A DNA stretch of 64,000 nt from Amphiscolops sp. MND2022 (GCA_964187785.1 OZ076409.1:70062001-70126000); one strand, 5' to 3'. Shown: positions 1-13,166, numbered from the stretch's first letter. The notes: generated by a model from the letters alone, not told the origin. Numbers and translations: made by a program.

Positions 1-3000
1 AGACTGGTTGCTTTTCGAGGGAGTGAGTCCATTGTAGGACAGTGGTGCTGTCGGACCACATGGAAGTCCTGCTTATGTCGAGCGTCAGAGCCTTTTGGAC
101 GTCCTTCCTTAGTCTTGCTGCAAGCAACGAGGCTTGGAGCTCGAGTTTTGGTATGGTCAAGGCTTTCATGGGAGCCACTCTGGCTTTTCCAAACACGAAT
201 GCGAGTTTTGTTTGCGGGCAACTGTTTCCACTGATAACGTTTCCTCGGAGGAAGACGACCGCACTGAACACTTCTTGTGAACTATCACCAAAGATGTGAA
301 GTTCTAGTGCTTCGACTTTTCCTTGGAAGTAGGTTCGCGCGATTGCGATGTCACTAAGCGCTGGTAACTCTTGGGTCCAGTCGATGAACTTGGTTACAAT
401 ATCTGGCGGTAAGTCGTCATCCCACTGCTGCCCACTTAGTTTCCAGATATCTTTGAGTAGCAGGCGCGCTTTGACAGTATACGGTGCAAGTAGCCCAATG
501 GGATCGTATACTGAAGAGACAAGGCTCAGAACTACCCTTTGTGTAACAGCTGGTTTGATATCAGGGTTTGTACCGCGGCTGACTACAAGGGTATCGGTAG
601 CGTGGTTCCATTTCAACTCAAGCACATGGGACAATTCTTCACCACTAGGGAATTCTTTCACTTCGGTTGCTGGCGTCGGATCGGTTTCCAGTTGCGCAGG
701 GATTGATGGTACGTTTGACACGAACTTGGTTAACTTGAAGCCTCCCAGCGAAAGCAGTTTCACCAGGTCCTCAGCTTTGCGTGTCGCTTCTTCAACCGTC
801 GGGCACGACTCTAGGTAGTCATCCATGTAAAAATTACTGAGAACACGTTGAGCGGCTTCCGGGAACGTTGACTGGTTGTCCGTTGCTGTTCTCCTCAAAG
901 CATAGTTCGCACAAGTGGGGGAGTCTTTAGATCCAAAGATATGACGGACATAATGGAACACAGCAACATCGGATGCTGGATCTTCGCGCCACAGGAAACG
1001 AAGTGACGGCCTGTCTTCTGGAATTACTCCAACTTGTAGGAACATTCCTTCAATGTCTGCCGACACGGCATACGGGTATTGTCGGAATCGAATCAAAATG
1101 TGGATGAGACTCTGCAACAGGTCTGGTCCAGTCAAGAGTGAATTGTTCGAGGAATGGCCTTGGAACTTGGCGGCGCCGTTCAACACTCGTCGAACTTTAC
1201 CCGGTTTGTGTGGATCAACGACCGGATGGTGCGGAAGCTACCACTCGCGGGCATTACTCACTTTGAAACAATCGGCTTTGTTAACGTTCACTATGTAACC
1301 TTTGGAGTGATCTTCATGGATGGTTTTGGAGTATCGCTCTTTCAACTCAGCATCTTTCCCGAGACGACGTTCCAGGGACTTCAGCTGGACTAGAGCCGAA
1401 AAGTAGTTATTCGGCAAACTACTCTCGTCCTCAGCCCATAGCATACCCACTTGGTATTGCGACTCATCGTGGTATGTCGTTCGTTCAAGTAACTTTTCCG
1501 CTCTCGCGTCGGCAGTGGAACGGGGGTCTACTTGTTTGAATGCTCCGTATGATTCCATTTCATACCAGCTGCGGAGTTGGTCGCCTAGTTCGGAATCGGC
1601 ATCTTTGTTGGACGTGACAGCCTTGAAACACGTTGAAAACAATCCAGAGGTCGATGGAAGAGGTCCACTCAGTACCCAGCCCAACGGGAGACGGACGGCA
1701 ACTGGAGCTTTCTTACTGTCGGATTCGAAGTACTCCAGTGGGAGGATAAAGTGAAACACGTCCTGACCCAGGATCATGTCGACGTCAGCGTAGCTGTATT
1801 TGTTCAAAGATATTGGTTCTAGGTGAGGATACTTGGTTTTCAGGTGGTCAACTTCGATGGTGTCGGTACGCTAAGGTTTTCTCTCACGTATGGTTTGATG
1901 GCAAAGGTTGAGCAAGAGCCACTCGAATGAACGGGTGTCAACTTGAGCTCGACCATTTGCGTTTCAACAACTTGATGGGAGTTGATCCCATGTACGGTCA
2001 ATTTTGTCGGTACTCCATGAACTTTCAGTTTGCGTGCCAACCTTGCCAAAAATCCAAGAGTGGCTACAGGCAGAATCGCAAAGGGCTAAAACTTTTTCGG
2101 AGTTTTCATTGGAATGCAATTCTACTTCAGGAATCTTTAGGAGGCCCTTTACTACAGTAACAGACGGTAAATCCGAACTTTCATCAGCCTGCCCGTTTAT
2201 CTTCGTTGTTCCAATGCAGGTTGATGTTTCTGGATTTCGTTTGTTAGGAGCTTGGTTTTTGTTGGGAAAAAATCGGTCAGCGCCATGAAGGAACGTGTTG
2301 TTAGAGCTTCCACATCCGTCTCCAGTACATTTCCGCGACTGGGGCACTGTCGGAACGAATGGCCGTCGTTGAAGCACGAGAAACAAAGTTTGTTGTCGGC
2401 AACAAGCTTTGCCCTCTCCGTAGGAGTTTTCTTTCCAAAGACCGGACATCTCCACAGAGGGTGTTTCTCTTTGCAGGCCACGCAAGTTGGCGCGTTGTCG
2501 GACTTTGCTTTGGAGTTTGTATTTCGTTGGCTGGTCGAGGCTGTTGCGGCAAACACTTTGGATGTCGTCTTGGTTTTCGTTACACTAGATTGGGTATTTT
2601 CGTCCACTTTGGGTTTTCCGAAGCTGTTTTCATTCGTTCGTGGGCTTCGGTCTTGTCTTTCAACCAATCGTTGAAGTCGACTAGTGTCGGTCGGTCTAAG
2701 TTACGCTTCACCGTGTGCATCGACCATGCTTCTTTCATGTTCGGTGGAAGCTTTTGAACTGCCTGACCGAGTAGTGAGGCACTTAACAAGTCTTGGTTGT
2801 AATTAAGGGACCTAAATACTCCAACTAACGAGCTGACTGTTGCCGAGTAGCTTATGATGCTATCGCTATTATGCATCTTCACCGGTGGAATGTTAGCAAG
2901 TTTGTCCAAGTACGCGGTTACTACTGCCTGTGGTTGTCCGAATTTGCGCTCAAGTGTTTTGAGAGCATCCCTGTACATGGCTCCACAGTAGGCAAACTCG

Positions 3001-5136
3001 GCTATTGCAACTTTGGCTTTTCCGGTAACCAACGTTTTAAGGTATGTCAACTTGAGGCAGAGTCAATGGCACTCTTGAATTGTCCGAACCACTAGTGCCA
3101 TTGAACGGGATCCCCTTTGTATTGGGACAGTTTCCACTCTGGTAGGTGATCCTTCTTTGTTGAAGCCAGTAGTTGCGCAACTTCACGTAGTGTGAAACAT
3201 GCTGAACTTGTCGGTGGTACAGTGTTCGCTTGAGGCGGGAAAACAGAAGCGGCATTAGCGTTAGGCAACCAAGATGATGGTTGAGTCGACGTACCAACAA
3301 CAGCTGGGGTAGTATTGACTGGTGGAGGCACGTAGTAAACGGTTCCTCTACAAGCGACGGGAATCGCAGGTACTGATAGTACAGGCGTACTACCCAATAG
3401 TGTGTTCGTTGTGGTAACTCGAATCGGTTGGTTCGGCGGCAGTGCGGTGCTATCTTGCGTCGGCGGGTTGCTAGTCACTGATGAAAACGTCCAAGCGGAC
3501 AGGTTGGGAAGTATGTGACTGACCGGCACAGCAAGAGTTGGGTTTATCGGTACAAGAGGAGGATGCAGCAGAACTTGACTTTGAATAGTTGTTGTTTGGG
3601 TGGTAGTCGTAGAAACTGGTTGCGGTAGCGTTGGCTGAACCGTTGCCGGAACAGGGACAACAACCGCAGCGGCAAGAGTATTTTGTGGCCGAACAGCCGG
3701 CGTTTGATGAGGGTTTGTAACGTTGAAAACTGGCAGCTGAGGACTAAGAGTTGGTACAAAAGCAGCACTGGTGTCGGAATTTGTAGCAACAGCTGCATTA
3801 GTAACTTGGGTTCCGGCCATTTGGGCTTGTTGCGGTGGAATTTGGATCCCGAAAGGATTGGTTGAGGCTGCTGTCGTTGGAACTTCATTAGTCGGCAGGT
3901 TAGCATCGGCTCCATTGGGCGAATTGTTGATCCATTCATTGATACGCTCTGTTCCATTTCCCTTGCTAGTAGCGCTCAAGCGAGATAGAGTTTCGTGAAA
4001 ATCTAAGTTTGAATCAGACAAGTATTCTCGAAGTTCCATTTCGGCCAAAGTAGCTTCCGCTAGTTTGCGACGATTTTTCTCCTCTAATTCTTCGACCCTC
4101 AACGCCTGTTCCTTTCGCAGTCTTTGCAGCTCAAGTTCTTGTTGTTCAATTTCGAGTTGTTGTTTTTGCTTTGCTAGGCGTATAATGGCTTCATTTTGCT
4201 TCTCAATCTCCTGACGTCGCTGCTGAGCAAATATGAGATCTCGTTGCCGTTGGCTAGACGTTTTTGACACTTTGGAGCTGGTTGCTTTGCTGGATTTACT
4301 CTTAACCGTTGTTGTCCGGTGTGAAGACTGAGATGACTTATCCAGTTGTGGGCATTTGTCAATGTAATCCCTTGCTTTTTTCAGGATTTCATCATTTTCC
4401 ACAGTAACGTCATTCAACCACTTCTCCAAGTCGTCAGTTATAGTTTTCGGGTCGTTGCACTTCTTCGCAAGTTCCAAAAGTTGCTCATTCTTCGCGAAGG
4501 CTTTCGTCATTGCTGCTTTGCAGTATTCTACCAATCGCTCGACACGAACACGACGTTCCGAATTGTCAACAGCATCTACGATGTCTTTTTGGAACTTCTT
4601 AAGTTCCGTCTCCGCCTTAAGACGACTCTCGAAATACTTTTGAACTTTCTCCTGTACCGGGTCGGTCATCTTTTATTACGTTTTCCACAGGTCGGTAGAA
4701 GTTGTTTAGGGAATCAGTTGATCGAACCTTTGTGGGCGTCGACCAAACAGTAAAGTTTGGACACAGTCCAAAAGGATTAGTTCTCAAGAATGTGTACGGT
4801 ATTTCTTGTTGAAATTACCGTTTGTAGTGCTCCTTCAAGAAACGCGGGAGAATTTTGTTGTTTTTTTTGGGATAAAAGCAGTCTCGGACTACAAGGACGA
4901 CGACAAAAACTTCAATCCGCGTTGAAAACGCAGTCTCAGTGTGAGATGTGGTTAAGGGTGCTGTACTGTCAGGATTTCAACGGGACAATAAAGTCCGGAC
5001 ACCATTCTGACAGTGAAGGACGAGGACGGAGTTTCAAGGTATCAACCTGACAATAAAGTCTGGACACAACCCTGAAGACTATGGAAGGTGTGTAGAGATT
5101 TCAACCAAACAACGAAGTTTGGACACTGTCTCTACA
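1..5136 (-). mobile_element. BEL/Pao LTR retrotransposon, decayed; runs off the window start
   Basis: Gag 4669-3092 then DUF1759-like LKTLVTGKAK..ALKTLERKFG; Cys/His knuckles CVACKEKHPLWRC and CFSCFNDGHSFRQC; protease ALCDSACSHSWI; RT YMDD near 818-829; Pao RNase H ELHIFGDSS near 280-305; several stops and frameshifts. Confidence 0.93.
4823..5136 (-). repeat. Candidate 5' LTR of the BEL/Pao element
   Basis: Bounded by TGTAG...CTACA inverted ends just upstream of gag; partner LTR is outside the window and no clear PBS was seen. Confidence 0.4.
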
Positions 5137-5159
5137 ACAAGTAAGTTAACGTTGGGGTG

Positions 5160-5778
5160 GGTTCACTGAGACGGATTCAAAGATGCCTTTTTGATGGCAT
5201 TCCGGGCACGCTTGCTAGGCCTCTTTGGGCGGCTTTTATCAGTAATAGCTGATAGTTGACTCTCTTTACGTAAAATGAAGTCAAGACTTTTCAATTCAAG
5301 CTCTGGGCTCTGGTGTAAAGCCTTTTATTTTTTCAGAAGCTCGGGATGTTTTTGTTTTTTTTCGATGAGGTAATATCTTTCACGATACTGAATACTTCGA
5401 TGTTATGATCGGTTTTCAATACATTCAAAGCATCAAAAATGTACGGCGTTCGATAACGTTGGCAATAAACCAGAGCACAGAGTTTGTCTTGAATAGCTTT
5501 CAACTCATTAATCAATTGTGGCACAGTTAATGCTTGAAAATTGACACTGTCGTGACGGGAAATACTGTTATTTAAAACATCATGCCAAATAACAATGTTA
5601 TTTTTCTCTTTTAGATCTGTGGGAAGCAAATTCTGAACATTTTGTTTGGATTTCTAGTGTTTTTGTTCAGACTCAGACCCGGGATTGAGAAAATTTTATC
5701 GTTATAGCTAGTTTGTTCTTCGAGGGTTAATGATTTCAAAGCATGATCTAAAGAACTGGCAGCTATTATAAAAACCAT
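5160..5778 (-). pseudogene. Frameshifted SGNH-hydrolase/esterase-like ORF, probably a LINE ORF1 relic
   Basis: MVFIIAASSL...IFSIPGLSL...IVIWHDVLNNS...ALHQSP in SGNH block I/II/III/V order across about three frames, with a basic C-terminal tail. Confidence 0.45.
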
Positions 5779-6890
5779 TCGTTTTAAAGCAAATAAATTA
5801 GCAGTCAATTAGCTGAAACATATCCCTTTTTTGAAATAATATATCAGTTCATTAGAGAGAGTAGTGTTGCCTGTTAAACAGTGTTTCCAAATCAGATGAT
5901 TCTGTTTTCAATGAATAGGTTTTGATTTGAATTCAGTTCGGCTTCAATTCAGTCCAATTCAAATTTCAAGTCACAAAGTGCCAAAACAAAACAGAATAAA
6001 ACGAGAGGAAATCGAAAAAATTGTTTACGGTGCTTGTTCCCTCTTTTTGCTTTGCTATCTCGAAAAATGCACAACAAATTAGGGGCAAAGTTTTTCAAGA
6101 TTCAAGTCTTTTTTTTTACTAACGGGACCAGAATGAAGTAAGCAGGGGATCAACTTGCGGTCTTCATGGGTTCTTCAGTGATGTCCATCGTGGATTTTAA
6201 CTGATGATTAATTGAAGCTCGAAGCTTATAATAATAATGGTTTTGAAAGAACGAAAAGCTGAAGAAACTTAAGTACACAGAAGTCAAGCAATGCCATGAA
6301 TTGGTAGCCATTTTTCAATTCCATTTGTTATCTGGTAAGAAACAAAGAAACAAGACAAATTTTGCATGTTTGGTCAGCTAAAGTGATTGGGGTTCCACTC
6401 GGTTGATGGTACGATCATCTGGTTGCAAACTCATGAGCCAAGATGGTATCCCATGTATTCTGTCGAGCTCAATGACTTCGGTACATTAATGACTTTTTCT
6501 TCTGATTATATCATCTTCTGGGAAACTTTCATTCAACTAGTTTCTGAGTTTACCAGCTGGGAATCGTCTCGGTTGTGACTGCTTTTCTGTGCCACTCTGT
6601 AACTTCACGGTCCGGTCGAGCCTCTCTATGGCCACCATGAAAGGAATATAACTTTCGACAGCTATATCTCGTTTGAAAAAGAGAAGAATATCAACTTGTA
6701 TTCAAATGCTTTTTGGTCCCGAATAACAGTAATGAATATCAAAATAATATGTACGAACATGCAAAAGAACAATACTTGTTTACAAATAATAATAAACATA
6801 ATTGAAGTTTCGAGATAGCAAAGTTCGAAGGTCAAAAGCAAAGTTTTTACTATGTATTTTTGCGAAAAATGATTTTACGAAACATTTTTC

Positions 6891-6960
6891 GGTTACCGGG
6901 ATTCGAACCTACATCGTAATGGTTGATAGTCTAGCGCACATCCTCTATGCTATCGCTACT
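6891..6960 (-). other. Degenerate tRNA-derived sequence (SINE head or pseudo-tRNA)
   Basis: A-box-like TAGCATAGAGG and B-box GGTTCGAATCC at tRNA spacing; stems poorly paired. Confidence 0.55.
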
Positions 6961-8254
6961 TGATTTCCGTTAATTTAATCTTATTTGTAAACTTTATTTG
7001 CTTTGCAACACTCAGTATTTCAAACTTTTTCTTAGATTTCCTGATCGAAAAAAGTTTGAAAAAATTTGAAATTTCAACCGATCAAAACAGCTGATTTCGA
7101 TATTCCGCTCTCAAAGTAGTTCCCTAAAATTACCATATAGAACTTCATTAAAAAAACTGATTTCTTTTTTCCAAACCTGAGAAGTTATAAATATTGCGTT
7201 TTTCAACAGTAAGCAAGCAAAAAAAATCCCCCCAAAAAATAACAGTAATACGAATTTGTTTGCCACACTGGCAATTTGTTTACGTCTCTTTGTAGCGTCT
7301 GTGCTTACAAAATTAGACGCTTTGCCCACAAAAACCTACAAAATTTCGCGGGTTATTTGTCTTTAATTTCCTTGATGCTGCTCTGAAAACCCGCCAAATT
7401 GTAGAGAAATCTTGATAAATACCTGAAAAATTAGTGACGCAGCATGAAAATATTGAGCATGAAAACTTCTCTAAGCAGCTCCCAAAAACCTAATAAATTA
7501 GCTTTGCAACCTATGAAAGCATGTAAAACTTTCGAGCACTTTCAACTAGGGTACAATCAAGGGATAATGGATCCACGATGTCGTATGAATTGATAATACC
7601 AGAAAGTGACTCGAGTCTGGAACCCTAAAATCCTGAAGTGTATCTTATAATTTTTATTCTAAAACGAAAAACACACCAACCTTCTCCAACAGAAGTTTCT
7701 GAAGATTTTTCCGAATTTTTGACTGTTTATATAACACCAATCAAAAATCAATTAGCGTCATTATGCATTAGCTATTAGTTTTCGGCTACCTTTTTTTTAT
7801 TTGAAATGGAAATTATTCCAATGTTTTTGCCGCAAATAGGTCGATCTCTGACATCCAGGTACAGTTGGAAGAAATAATATTTGAAAGAAAAAAATTCCAA
7901 AGTGTAGCAGCCCTGGAGAAAAAACTGTCATCTAACTGGGCTGTATTACAAAAGCGTGTACCTTAAATTACTTCGGTAACTTTTTAAATTCCCACTGCTA
8001 TATTAAAAAGTTCTTGAAGTTCGAAAAACAGAAAGTCTATATTCCCAATTCCGCTAGGGAATATATTCGGCTTTAGGGGATAAGCTATTCGGCTTTTCTG
8101 AGTCGACGCTTTTTTCGGATAATACCTCCGCACAGCCAACTATGGTACCACACTTGCAACTGCAGTTTAAAAGTGACTTGTTCAAGGCTATCATCGCGCC
8201 ATAGTCTCGCAGAATCTTTCTGTTGTATAAGTATGCTTGTGATAATATACTCAC

Positions 8255-8371
8255 AACATGATGGCTCCGGCAGAGTTGGCTCTCACGTCTCCGTCTTCGT
8301 CAGTCATGAGTTCAACCAATCGCTTCATGCATCCCGTCTCATGGGCCTTCTCTTTCCCGCTGAGAGGAACG
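8255..8371 (-). CDS. RSPH14: RSPH14 exon, (S)VPLSGKEKAHETGCMKRLVELMTDEDGDVRANSAGAIM
   Basis: tttgcag| and |gtgagt; 117 nt, phase 2 to 2; resembles RSPH14 SISREGKKQ...VKSNAAGALMF; downstream exons not found in the window. Confidence 0.9.
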
Positions 8372-9343
8372 CTGCAAACAAAACAAAAATGACATTGAAA
8401 GGAGTTTCTTCTCCTTCATCGTGGTTCTAAGATGTGGACTTGCAATATTTTGAGCATGCAGATTTGTAAAACTATGCTTGATTTGATAATGTGATACCAG
8501 TTTTTCAATAGAGGCCATTTTATTTTAACAGAAACGATTTTGTAAGAAAAATTGAATTTAGCTTCAGTAGAATCTAACAACAGTAGTTAGCATCTTCTTT
8601 CGATGATCACGGTGAATTGCTACATGCGAAGGAGCTACGCTCTGGAAATTTTACTGTACTTATTAAGTGTCAATTCCTGCCATTCCTGAACTTTGTCGTT
8701 TTTGAACTCGGGACGAGGGACCATGTGTTCAATCCCCCCAAGCGATGACGGGGAAAATAAGGCACAAGATTCAAATACCATTATGTCAACATCGTTTGCG
8801 TTGAAATTTTGGTCCAATGAAATAATTGATGTCGACATAATCCTATTACATTGACTGTCAGTTGAAAGTTGCTCATTAGATTTTATCGCGGAGAAAATTT
8901 GCGTTGAAATAGAGACCTTTTTGTACTATTTTATCTTGTTCCAAGCGTGAAATTTTGCTATTTTGGACAATAATATCGAAAAATTAGGGTATTTTTTTGC
9001 CTGAAGTGTCAAGACAGCTGTAGAGACAATCCCCTAAGTATTTACATTCATATAATATTCTCTAATTAGTGAAAGATTTTTATTCAAGAACAAAATGTGC
9101 TTTCGTGTTGGGGGGGTGTGAATTCCCAACAAGGTGTACTTGAGGGGGAATTGAATATGGTCCCAAATATTTTGCGGATTGTCTCTACAGCTATTTTGAC
9201 ACTTTCCAGCAAAAAATGGCATTGATTTTTCATTTATTATTGTCCAAAATTCACGCGTGAAAAGGTCAAAATTGTATAGAAAGGCCTCCACAAGAATATC
9301 TCCGCAAAAAAATGCTATTAGCAACTTTCCTGTGAATGTCGAC

Positions 9344-11519
9344 CAGACACCACAGAATTCTGCTGTTGGCAGAAAGCAGCGGAAATGGCAGAAACTACCT
9401 TAATTAGCAGAACGAACTGCTAATCGCAAATCAAACAAACTGCAGAGCAGACATGCGGCAGATTTATTACGTATTATTATTTTGATTGACATCTATGCGA
9501 GCGGATGAGAGTCAACTACAAAAGCGAATAAAGAGTGCGTGTTTTAATTGTTTAACAATCCTGACACCACAATAATTCTTTTTGTCTAGCTGTAGGCATT
9601 CAAAGGTAGAAACTTCCTTCGGAAAGAAATTGAAAGTTCAGTCATGTCTGGTAAAATCACTGCACGTAAATGAGCTGCTGATTTTCCAAATGATTTATAC
9701 AGTGACAACAATTCTCTATTTTGTCTGCAGTGTGACATTCCCTTATCTTTAAAACTATCCACTATTAAGGATCATCTCAAGTGCCCCAGTCATAAAAATA
9801 ACAAAGCAAAAAAAGCTAACAAGAGCTTGCCAAAGCAAACTACATTGATTACTGCAATCAATTCTTCAATTCAACGATCCGATTTCGTGAAAGACTTTGT
9901 TAGAATGTGCCTTGTTGCCAATATTCCACTTGAGAAAACTGCTAAAATGATGCCTTTTATGAGGAAGCATTGTAAAGTTGGAGGTGCCCTGACAACGGGG
10001 AAAAATCATCGCGACAATTATGTACCTGTTGAAGCGAATGAATTGCGTTCCAAGATACAAAATTTAATCACACAATGGACGTCCCAAAATCAAATTATCT
10101 CTCTCAATATCGACGAATCTTCTGATGAAGCAGAGAGGTCAGTGCTCAATATTTTTGTCTGTATTCGCAACAATTTTATCCTACTGGACACAAATTTTCT
10201 TGATGATCCAGCGAACCACGAAAATCTTTCAGCTGTTACAAACGATACAATAGTGAAATTTGGAATCAGGGACGCAACTAAGTTTTTAATAACTGACAAT
10301 ACTGCATTTTGTCCCAAAGCATACGAGGACATATTGGTTCGGGTGTTCCCAAACCTCATATGGATTGGATGCTGGGCCCATATAATAGATCTCGTCGGAG
10401 ATACTTGTCAGAATTTTTTCCAACTTTCGAAGAAGTTGTTGGGACATTTACGGGTTGTTTTAAGAAAAAGGCTGGTGCTGGTCGCAGGCGACGGTGGCGC
10501 AATTTTCAAAGGATAAACGCAATTTTAGCTCCGACCTCTCCTCCAACGGCATCATTCACGAGGTGGACATCATGGTTAAGGGCTACCATTTACCACTCTA
10601 AACATATCGAACTTTACTGCGATTTTTTTGCGTTGGAAGCAAACTCAACTGATTCTGCGAATCTCAACGAAATCTGTAAATTGTTATCTGACCGGAAGTC
10701 TTACATTGAAATCGAGCTTGAATTGGCTTTCATTTCGGAGTATGGAAAACAAATGATAGGACTTATTGAGCTCTTAGAAGTTAAGCGCAAGCCTACGGCG
10801 CACCAAATTCACAATGCGATACAAGAATTCCAAAATTCCTTTGATTGTGGGAAATCATCTGTTTCATACTCTGCTCGTCTCGAAAGTATAATAGATAAAA
10901 TCAGCTTACAGATACGTCATTAGCATTGCTGCTTATCAAATTGATGGATTTGATATCAAGATTTCAAGATGGGTTCAAAATCGCCTATGAAAAATTAGTG
11001 AAGCACATTACTATCCAACGCAGAGCTCTCGACTTTTTTTTAATGCTACTCGGGTTTTTGATCCCCGTCAGAAGTCAGCGTTACCTCGGAGTTTGTTAGA
11101 ATATTCTATTATCCCTGGATTAGAAAACCCCAGCGCAGATATTATTGAAGAATGGGGCAGATATAATAATTCTCATTGCGTTTTTGAAAACTTTGACATC
11201 AACGATTTTTGGACTACGAAGAAAGAAGAATATCCATTACTCTCCACAATAGCTCTCAATGCCATTTGGGTGCAATCATCATCGGCCCAAGTTGAACGAA
11301 GTTTCAGCCTACTAAATAAAATAGAGACACCAGAACGCAATAGATTATCTAACCAGTCAGTTAAGGATCATTTATACTGTTATGCTAATAGCGATTTTGT
11401 TGATTTCAATTGAAATTTTTTTGTGAAATGCCATGTTTTGAACAGAGCAGAAAAAGCAGATTTTTTAAAACACGGCAGCAGAATATCATTTTTTAAGCCG
11501 CAGAAAACTGCGGTGTCTG
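9344..11519 (+). mobile_element. Full-length hAT DNA transposon
   Basis: TIRs CAGACACCACAGAATTCTGC / GCAGAAAACTGCGGTGTCTG; perfect 8-bp TSD ATGTCGAC at 9336-9343 and 11520-11527. Confidence 0.93.
9644..11413 (+). pseudogene. CGGBP1-like hAT transposase, disrupted
   Basis: N-terminal Zn finger FCLQC...DHLKCPSH; DFVRMCLVANIPLEK; IDESSD; TDN; CWAH; TRWTSW; hATC SSAQVERSFS; TGA at codon 10 plus frameshifts. Confidence 0.88.
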
Positions 11520-12314
11520 ATGTCGACTAGCAAACTATGTTGACATAATGCCATTTGAATCTTGTTTCTTATTTGTTTTATCCGCAGCAGCATAAGTATC
11601 AGAAACATGGTCCGTATGTTCTTTTCAAGTTATAACTATAGGAACATTCTTTTCTGCAAACATAACCATCGCCAACTTCAATGTATGGAGAGAAATTAGA
11701 TCTGAAGTCTCTGTATCCCTTACAAAACGTGTCTGTCTTATAGGCTCAAGGCCACTGTTGTTGCGCCATTGTCCTCAAAAGACCATTTATGGTAATCAGT
11801 CAAGCAGTTAGAATTGCGCAACGCGTTTGAATGAAAAGCTTAGGTTGCGAGACAACGAAAGAACCTCGAAAGTTCTTCGACGGTTGAATGTGACATAAAA
11901 AAGTCTGTTCATTTAATTTATTGCTGCACCAAAGAATAGGTTCACCAGATCATGGAAAAAACACCATCTAACTAAACTTTTGAAATTGTCTTTGCTGTAA
12001 GAACTGACAGTCTTGTTATCGAAACAAGAGTGAGGAATTAGAACAAGCTTTCAGATTATACAGACGAAAAATCCGAATATACAAGCATAAATCTTCTACA
12101 TTTGCTGATGGGTTCACATGATCTTCTATCATACTGTTTGTACTCTGATGAGAAGACTGGAATAGAGAAATGGAATTAAATGGATGAAACAGTTTCAATA
12201 AGGAAAAAAATATCAATTTTGTCCATAGAACATGGTTTACACCAAACGGAGAGAATATTAGGCTCTAGATTCCTTGCTTGGAAATATGAGCTCAATGGAA
12301 AATATTGGGCTCAC

Positions 12315-12463
12315 CTGAGGTCCATGATGTCCCTGGCCGCCTTTGCCCTGACCTCAGGGTCCTTGTGGTACAGCAGACTATCCAGGGCTTCCATTGCACT
12401 GGCTTCCAAGGCATGCTCTGTGTTCACTTTTAGACAGAAGTGCAAAGTGTCCAGAATCGACAG
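12315..12463 (-). CDS. RSPH14: RSPH14 exon, LSILDTLHFCLKVNTEHALEASAMEALDSLLYHKDPEVRAKAARDIMDL
   Basis: tttttcag| and |gtgagc; 149 nt, phase 0 to 2; resembles RSPH14 FILDTLVLCL...IRSKAARALLNVS. Confidence 0.9.
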
Positions 12464-12954
12464 CTGAAAAAAAATTAGCACTTCTTACCATTTTGGTTTT
12501 TAAGACCGATTAAAAGTCGATCTAATCCGTGAAAATTTGGTATTTCCCGAAAAGTTTGGTATAACCTCAGGGTTGATCTCGAATGCACTAACTGATGTTG
12601 CAAGCTAGCAAGGACTAGACGAAAAACCGCAGAAACTTCGTTTTTAGGATTGATTTGGGTTTTCTTTTCTTACAGTATCAATGAGATAACCTTTTCAAGC
12701 AAAATAGGCGTTTATAATAGAACATTTATCGAGCCATGTTGAAAAATTTTCATTTAATTAACATGGCTCAAATAAGCAGCAAGGTAATCAAATCAATTCG
12801 GACTGTTCCCAATTGTTAGTTTACCTAATTCACTTGCTCAAAAACAGGCGTTTTAGATTCATAGTAGATTGATGCACTTTCGGTTTCATTATGATAATTT
12901 CGAACCGTTTGTATACATTACTCTATAGAAAAGTTCAAGAGATGAAAAACCAAC

Positions 12955-13166
12955 TTTGATGTCGTCATTTTCCTGTTTCAGTCTGGCCACCAGGATAGGA
13001 ATGAGTCCAACTTCAACGATACCTTCTGCCCCAAACGGCACCTCGGCCACCATCTCAATGGCTTGTTGCGCAAACTTCCGCACAATGTCGTTTGAGTCTT
13101 CAAAAAGTTCCGCAATCGCGGGAATGACGTCAAACTCTATGAACGCATCTCTTCCAACTGAATGAC
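12955..13166 (-). CDS. RSPH14: RSPH14 exon, (C)HSVGRDAFIEFDVIPAIAELFEDSNDIVRKFAQQAIEMVAEVPFGAEGIVEVGLIPILVARLKQENDDIK
   Basis: ttccag| and |gttggt; 212 nt, phase 1 to 0; resembles RSPH14 HNVGRYAF...VPRGAQEIISKGLI. Confidence 0.9.

Larger units (their letters stand above)
8640..11660. mobile_element. Old foldback (long inverted repeat) element interrupted by the hAT; a related copy lies at ~26100-26560
   Basis: CAGCTGTAGAGACAATCC (~9016) vs GGATTGTCTCTACAGCT (~9176); arms align outward and resume at 11530 (ATGTTGACATAATG..TTTGAATCTTGT); limits approximate. Confidence 0.55.

Noticed and set aside
42..4753. Many plus-strand ORFs
   Set aside because: Antisense shadows of BEL gag-pol
6891..6960. 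Functional tRNA gene (also 19191-19266 and 54740-54810)
   Set aside because: Acceptor and anticodon stems have multiple mismatches; treated as derived sequences
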